DNA of 64,000 bases from an uncultured Aminicenantes bacterium. GTDB lineage: Bacteria; Acidobacteriota; Aminicenantia; UBA2199. Below are positions 60,812 to 64,000 of the stretch, one piece after another. Position 1 is the stretch's first letter, and every line of letters starts with the position of its first letter. The notes under the pieces are model-generated. The model searched no databases. It worked only from the letters and a program-made list of their open reading frames with translations, and was not told where the DNA came from. The stretch spans positions 1-64,000 of the forward strand of contig CBDAFS010000039.1 of the NCBI GenBank assembly GCA_965195285.1. Reading direction: 5' to 3'. A program made the translations under genes and the position numbers.

Positions 60812-61696
60812 TCACTCGACATTTTGAATTTGCTGTCTTATTTTCTCAATTTCCCTTCTGATAAGCAATATGTAGTCATGAATCTTCATTGAATTGATTT
60901 TGCTGCCAATCGTATAGGTTTCCCTCTGCATCTCCTGGCAGAGAAAATCCATTTCCCGGCCTTTGGTTCTGATTTTTTTATCTTTACCCAGCTGCAACAA
61001 CCTTTTGTGATGGGCCTTTAAACGGTTGACCTCTTCAACAATGCAACTTCTCTCAGCAGCTATGGCAGCTTCCTGAGCCACTCTTTTTTCATCAATTTCA
61101 AATTCATTAAGAAATTTTAGAATTTTTTCTTTTAGTTTTATGAAATTTTCGCTCTCCAATTTTAAGGCTTCCCTTTCAACCACTTCAATTATATCTCCAA
61201 TTTTCATGAGACTGACCTGCATATCGTTAAATATGGATTCACCCTCAGAAATCCTGCTTTGCAAAAAACCATTAAAAACCTCACGAGTGGTTTTCATGAT
61301 CTTCCTGGTTTTTTTATCATCAACATCATCAAATCGATAATCAAGGTGGAAAATCATGGGAAATCTGAACATGGAATCCAGGGAAAACGTCAATTCACCT
61401 TTGTGTTTCCGTTGGATACGGGCAACCTTATCCAATATTTCTTCCAGCAAAACTTCATTGAATTGAATATCCCATTTCTTGGGATTGTATTCGAAAAAAT
61501 CGAAAACGATTTCAATCTTACCCCGACATATCTTTTGCCTGAATAGAGCCTTGATTGATTTCTCAAAATGAGGTGTGATTCCGGTTCCCCTGAAATTCAG
61601 GTCCAGGAACCTGTGGTTATAGGATTTGAATGAAATGAACATAGAGTAATCGATGCCACTGCATCTCCCCTGAGCAAACCCGGTCATACTCTTCAT
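60812..61696 (-). CDS. yicC: YicC/YloC family endoribonuclease
   Basis: MKSMTGF, NHRFLD, GREMDFLCQEMQRE..TIGSK, EKIRQQIQNVE. Confidence 0.93.
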   Translation of the reverse strand: MKSMTGFAQGRCSGIDYSMFISFKSYNHRFLDLNFRGTGITPHFEKSIKALFRQKICRGKIEIVFDFFEYNPKKWDIQFNEVLLEEILDKVARIQRKHKGELTFSLDSMFRFPMIFHLDYRFDDVDDKKTRKIMKTTREVFNGFLQSRISEGESIFNDMQVSLMKIGDIIEVVEREALKLESENFIKLKEKILKFLNEFEIDEKRVAQEAAIAAERSCIVEEVNRLKAHHKRLLQLGKDKKIRTKGREMDFLCQEMQRETYTIGSKINSMKIHDYILLIRREIEKIRQQIQNVE

Positions 61697-63501
61697 TTTT
61701 CCATCTTAATATCCATCTCGGGAAATTGCAAATTGTATAGTGAGTAATAGAGTCCTTTCCTTTTTAATAGCTCCTGATGATCTCCGCTTTCATTTATCTC
61801 TCCCCTATCAATGACCAGTATTGTATCCGCTTCAATGATGGTGGATAACCGATGGGCAATAACAAAAGTTGTCCTATTTTTCATGACTTCAACCATGGCT
61901 TCGTGAATCAACTTCTCTGATTCGGAATCCAGTGATGAGGTCGCCTCATCAAAAAACAATATGGCCGGCTTCTTTAAAATGGCACGGGCAATGGCTATTC
62001 TCTGACGCTGGCCAGTGGACAGGAATACCCCTCTTTCACCGACAATGGTATTATACTGATTGGGAAGTTTTTCAATAAATTCGGATGCTCTGGCAATCAT
62101 GGCAGCTTTTCTGACTTCTTTCAAGGAATAATGAGACTTTCCATAGGCAATATTATTGACTATTGAATCATTGAAAAGAAAAACATCCTGGGTGACCAGG
62201 CCAATGGACTGTCGGAGTGACTTCAGGCTAAAATCCCGAATATCTCTCCCATCGACCAGTATTTGGCCCGAGGACACGTCATAAAAGCGTAAAAAAAGAT
62301 TCATCAGGGTCGTCTTTCCGGATCCGCTGGACCCGACCAGAGCCAGCATCTCATTTGCCTTCACTTTGAAACTGATATTTTTTATGACCGGAGTGTTTTG
62401 ATCATAGGAAAAAGAAACATCCTTGAATTCTACCTGGCCTTTTACCGATCTTACATTCTTTACACCGGGTTCATCCATAATCGGATTTTTACAGTCAATG
62501 ATCTGTAAAACCCTTTCATATCCGGCCTTCCCTTGTTGGAAATCATTATTGGCCTGGGACAGTCTTTTCATTGGATTATACATCAAAAACAGAGCAGCCA
62601 GGAAAGAGGAAAACTGCCCGGGAGACATGAAGCCTCCAGCGACTCTTTTCATTCCAATCAGAAAAATTAAGGCAGCCACAATCCCACCGATAATATTCAT
62701 GATTGGGGCAGACAAGGAATAAATCAGGGCAATCTTGGAATTAATCTTGTAATGATTTGTATTCAGTTCCGAAAACTTCCGAATCTCATACGTCTCCATA
62801 TTATAGGCTTTCACGATTCTATTTCCGGTAACCGTCTCGGTTAAAAAATTCGAAAGTTCCCCGATCGCTACCTGTGATTGCATACCCCTTTTTTTTACCC
62901 TTTTACCAAAAACGACCAATATAACAGTGGCACTTGGAATTATTATAAAAGAGAACAATGACATATACCAATCCTGATAGAAGATAACTGCGAAAAGAAA
63001 CAGCAAGGTCAAGGTTTCTCTCACATATACGGCCAGGGTTTCAGAAACGGCAAATTTTATCTTCTCGATATCATTGGAGATGCGGGATACCAGATCACCG
63101 GTCTTGGATTTGGATAAAAAATCAATTGATTGATTAATAAGATGAATATATAGCCGATCCCGGATTCCTTTGACTACCTTGAGTCCAAGCGTTTTCATGA
63201 AATAGAGAGATAAAAATGTAAAGATAGATTGCCCCAGAAAACACAGAAACAAAAGTTGAGGAAGAACAATGACCATATCCTCCGGTTTGGCATTGAAAAT
63301 ACGAATAATCAGGTCACGTATATCCCGGCTTTTTTCAGTTATATACCCGCCCCCCTGAATGAACAACTCATCCATTACCGGCCGAATGATCAGGGCAAAA
63401 AGCGCAGTGAACAGAGCCACCATGGCCATAAAAAACAGGGCCATAAAAAATCGGAATAAATAAGGCTTAATGTTGGATAAGAGACCATTCTGTTTATTCA
63501 T
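61693..63501 (-). CDS. msbA: ABC exporter, MsbA-like (TMD + NBD)
   Basis: GSSGSGKT, LSTGQRQR, DEATSSLD, IAHRLST; start set at MNKQ. Confidence 0.8.
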   Translation of the reverse strand: MNKQNGLLSNIKPYLFRFFMALFFMAMVALFTALFALIIRPVMDELFIQGGGYITEKSRDIRDLIIRIFNAKPEDMVIVLPQLLFLCFLGQSIFTFLSLYFMKTLGLKVVKGIRDRLYIHLINQSIDFLSKSKTGDLVSRISNDIEKIKFAVSETLAVYVRETLTLLFLFAVIFYQDWYMSLFSFIIIPSATVILVVFGKRVKKRGMQSQVAIGELSNFLTETVTGNRIVKAYNMETYEIRKFSELNTNHYKINSKIALIYSLSAPIMNIIGGIVAALIFLIGMKRVAGGFMSPGQFSSFLAALFLMYNPMKRLSQANNDFQQGKAGYERVLQIIDCKNPIMDEPGVKNVRSVKGQVEFKDVSFSYDQNTPVIKNISFKVKANEMLALVGSSGSGKTTLMNLFLRFYDVSSGQILVDGRDIRDFSLKSLRQSIGLVTQDVFLFNDSIVNNIAYGKSHYSLKEVRKAAMIARASEFIEKLPNQYNTIVGERGVFLSTGQRQRIAIARAILKKPAILFFDEATSSLDSESEKLIHEAMVEVMKNRTTFVIAHRLSTIIEADTILVIDRGEINESGDHQELLKRKGLYYSLYNLQFPEMDIKMEK

Positions 63502-63559
63502 ATTTTCGGTTTCCCGAGGATCTTTATACCAATTACTCCGACTATGAGACCTTGTGCCT

Positions 63560-64000
63560 CTATGTATCCTTTTCAACGATTGCCTTTTTCTTCCTTTTTT
63601 TGAATCGGCCGGAGATGAAAAAAAACAAGGGTGAGGTTACATACAGCAAGGTTAAAATTGGAATGGTAAATGAAGGGTACTTTATTGAAAAGGAAATAAC
63701 CGCTGCCAGGATAAACAACGCCAACAGGCTGTGTTTGGGTTTGATTTCTTTCAGGGTTCGATAGCGAATATTGGAAATCATCAGGAAAGCAATAAGCAGT
63801 ACATAAACCACAAACAATATGGCATGATTTTTTTGTTGAAGGGGGATTTCCACCATCAATACAATAGATACCACTGCCATTGCAGCCAATGGTATGGGCA
63901 AGCCGATAAAGATATTGGTGGGAAAAGCCTTGGCTTCATGGTAAACATTGTACCGGGCCAGCCGTATTACCCCGGCGCTTAAGAATATGAAACCAATGAT
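63560..64000 (-). CDS. pssA: CDP-diacylglycerol-serine O-phosphatidyltransferase, C-terminal part
   Basis: AGVIRLARYNV...FIGLPIP...LMISNIRY; open to the right edge. Confidence 0.85.
   Translation of the reverse strand: MIGFIFLSAGVIRLARYNVYHEAKAFPTNIFIGLPIPLAAMAVVSIVLMVEIPLQQKNHAILFVVYVLLIAFLMISNIRYRTLKEIKPKHSLLALFILAAVISFSIKYPSFTIPILTLLYVTSPLFFFISGRFKKRKKKAIVEKDT

Overview
Bacterial chromosomal window from a moderately AT-rich diderm organism (standard genetic code, sigma70-type promoters). An Aminicenantes/Acidobacteriota-like lineage is only an inference from gene style. From left to right: (i) a ~1.5 kb mosaic (351-1832) packed with related GGGAC/GGGGTC-core motifs, a 50-bp direct repeat and inverted arms, enclosing an intact lipoprotein gene and gene stumps; (ii) DoxX/rhodanese, EamA, a TetR-TolC-MFP-RND efflux operon and an HcnA/HcnB-like oxidoreductase pair; (iii) sppA-tsaC, glycosyltransferases and a large Ser/Thr kinase with TPRs; (iv) a ~18 kb surface-glycan locus whose AT-rich half carries Wzm/Wzt, a methyltransferase-radical SAM fusion and a frameshifted epimerase; (v) uppS-cdsA-dxr-rseP-PGM-ftsB, a cNMP-FHA protein and a GH5 pseudogene; (vi) rpmE-prfA-prmC-radical SAM and pssA-msbA-yicC-gmk-coaC-coaB-udg-priA. 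I saw no rRNA, tRNA, CRISPR array or intact transposase/integrase. The best candidate for an undescribed system is the repeat-delimited, cassette-like region at 351-1832. Other highlights are the MTase-rSAM glycan-modification module, a helicase-dead PriA, leaderless genes, poly-G tracts and an unannotated 57-aa ORF. All product calls come from motif recognition by eye, not database searches.
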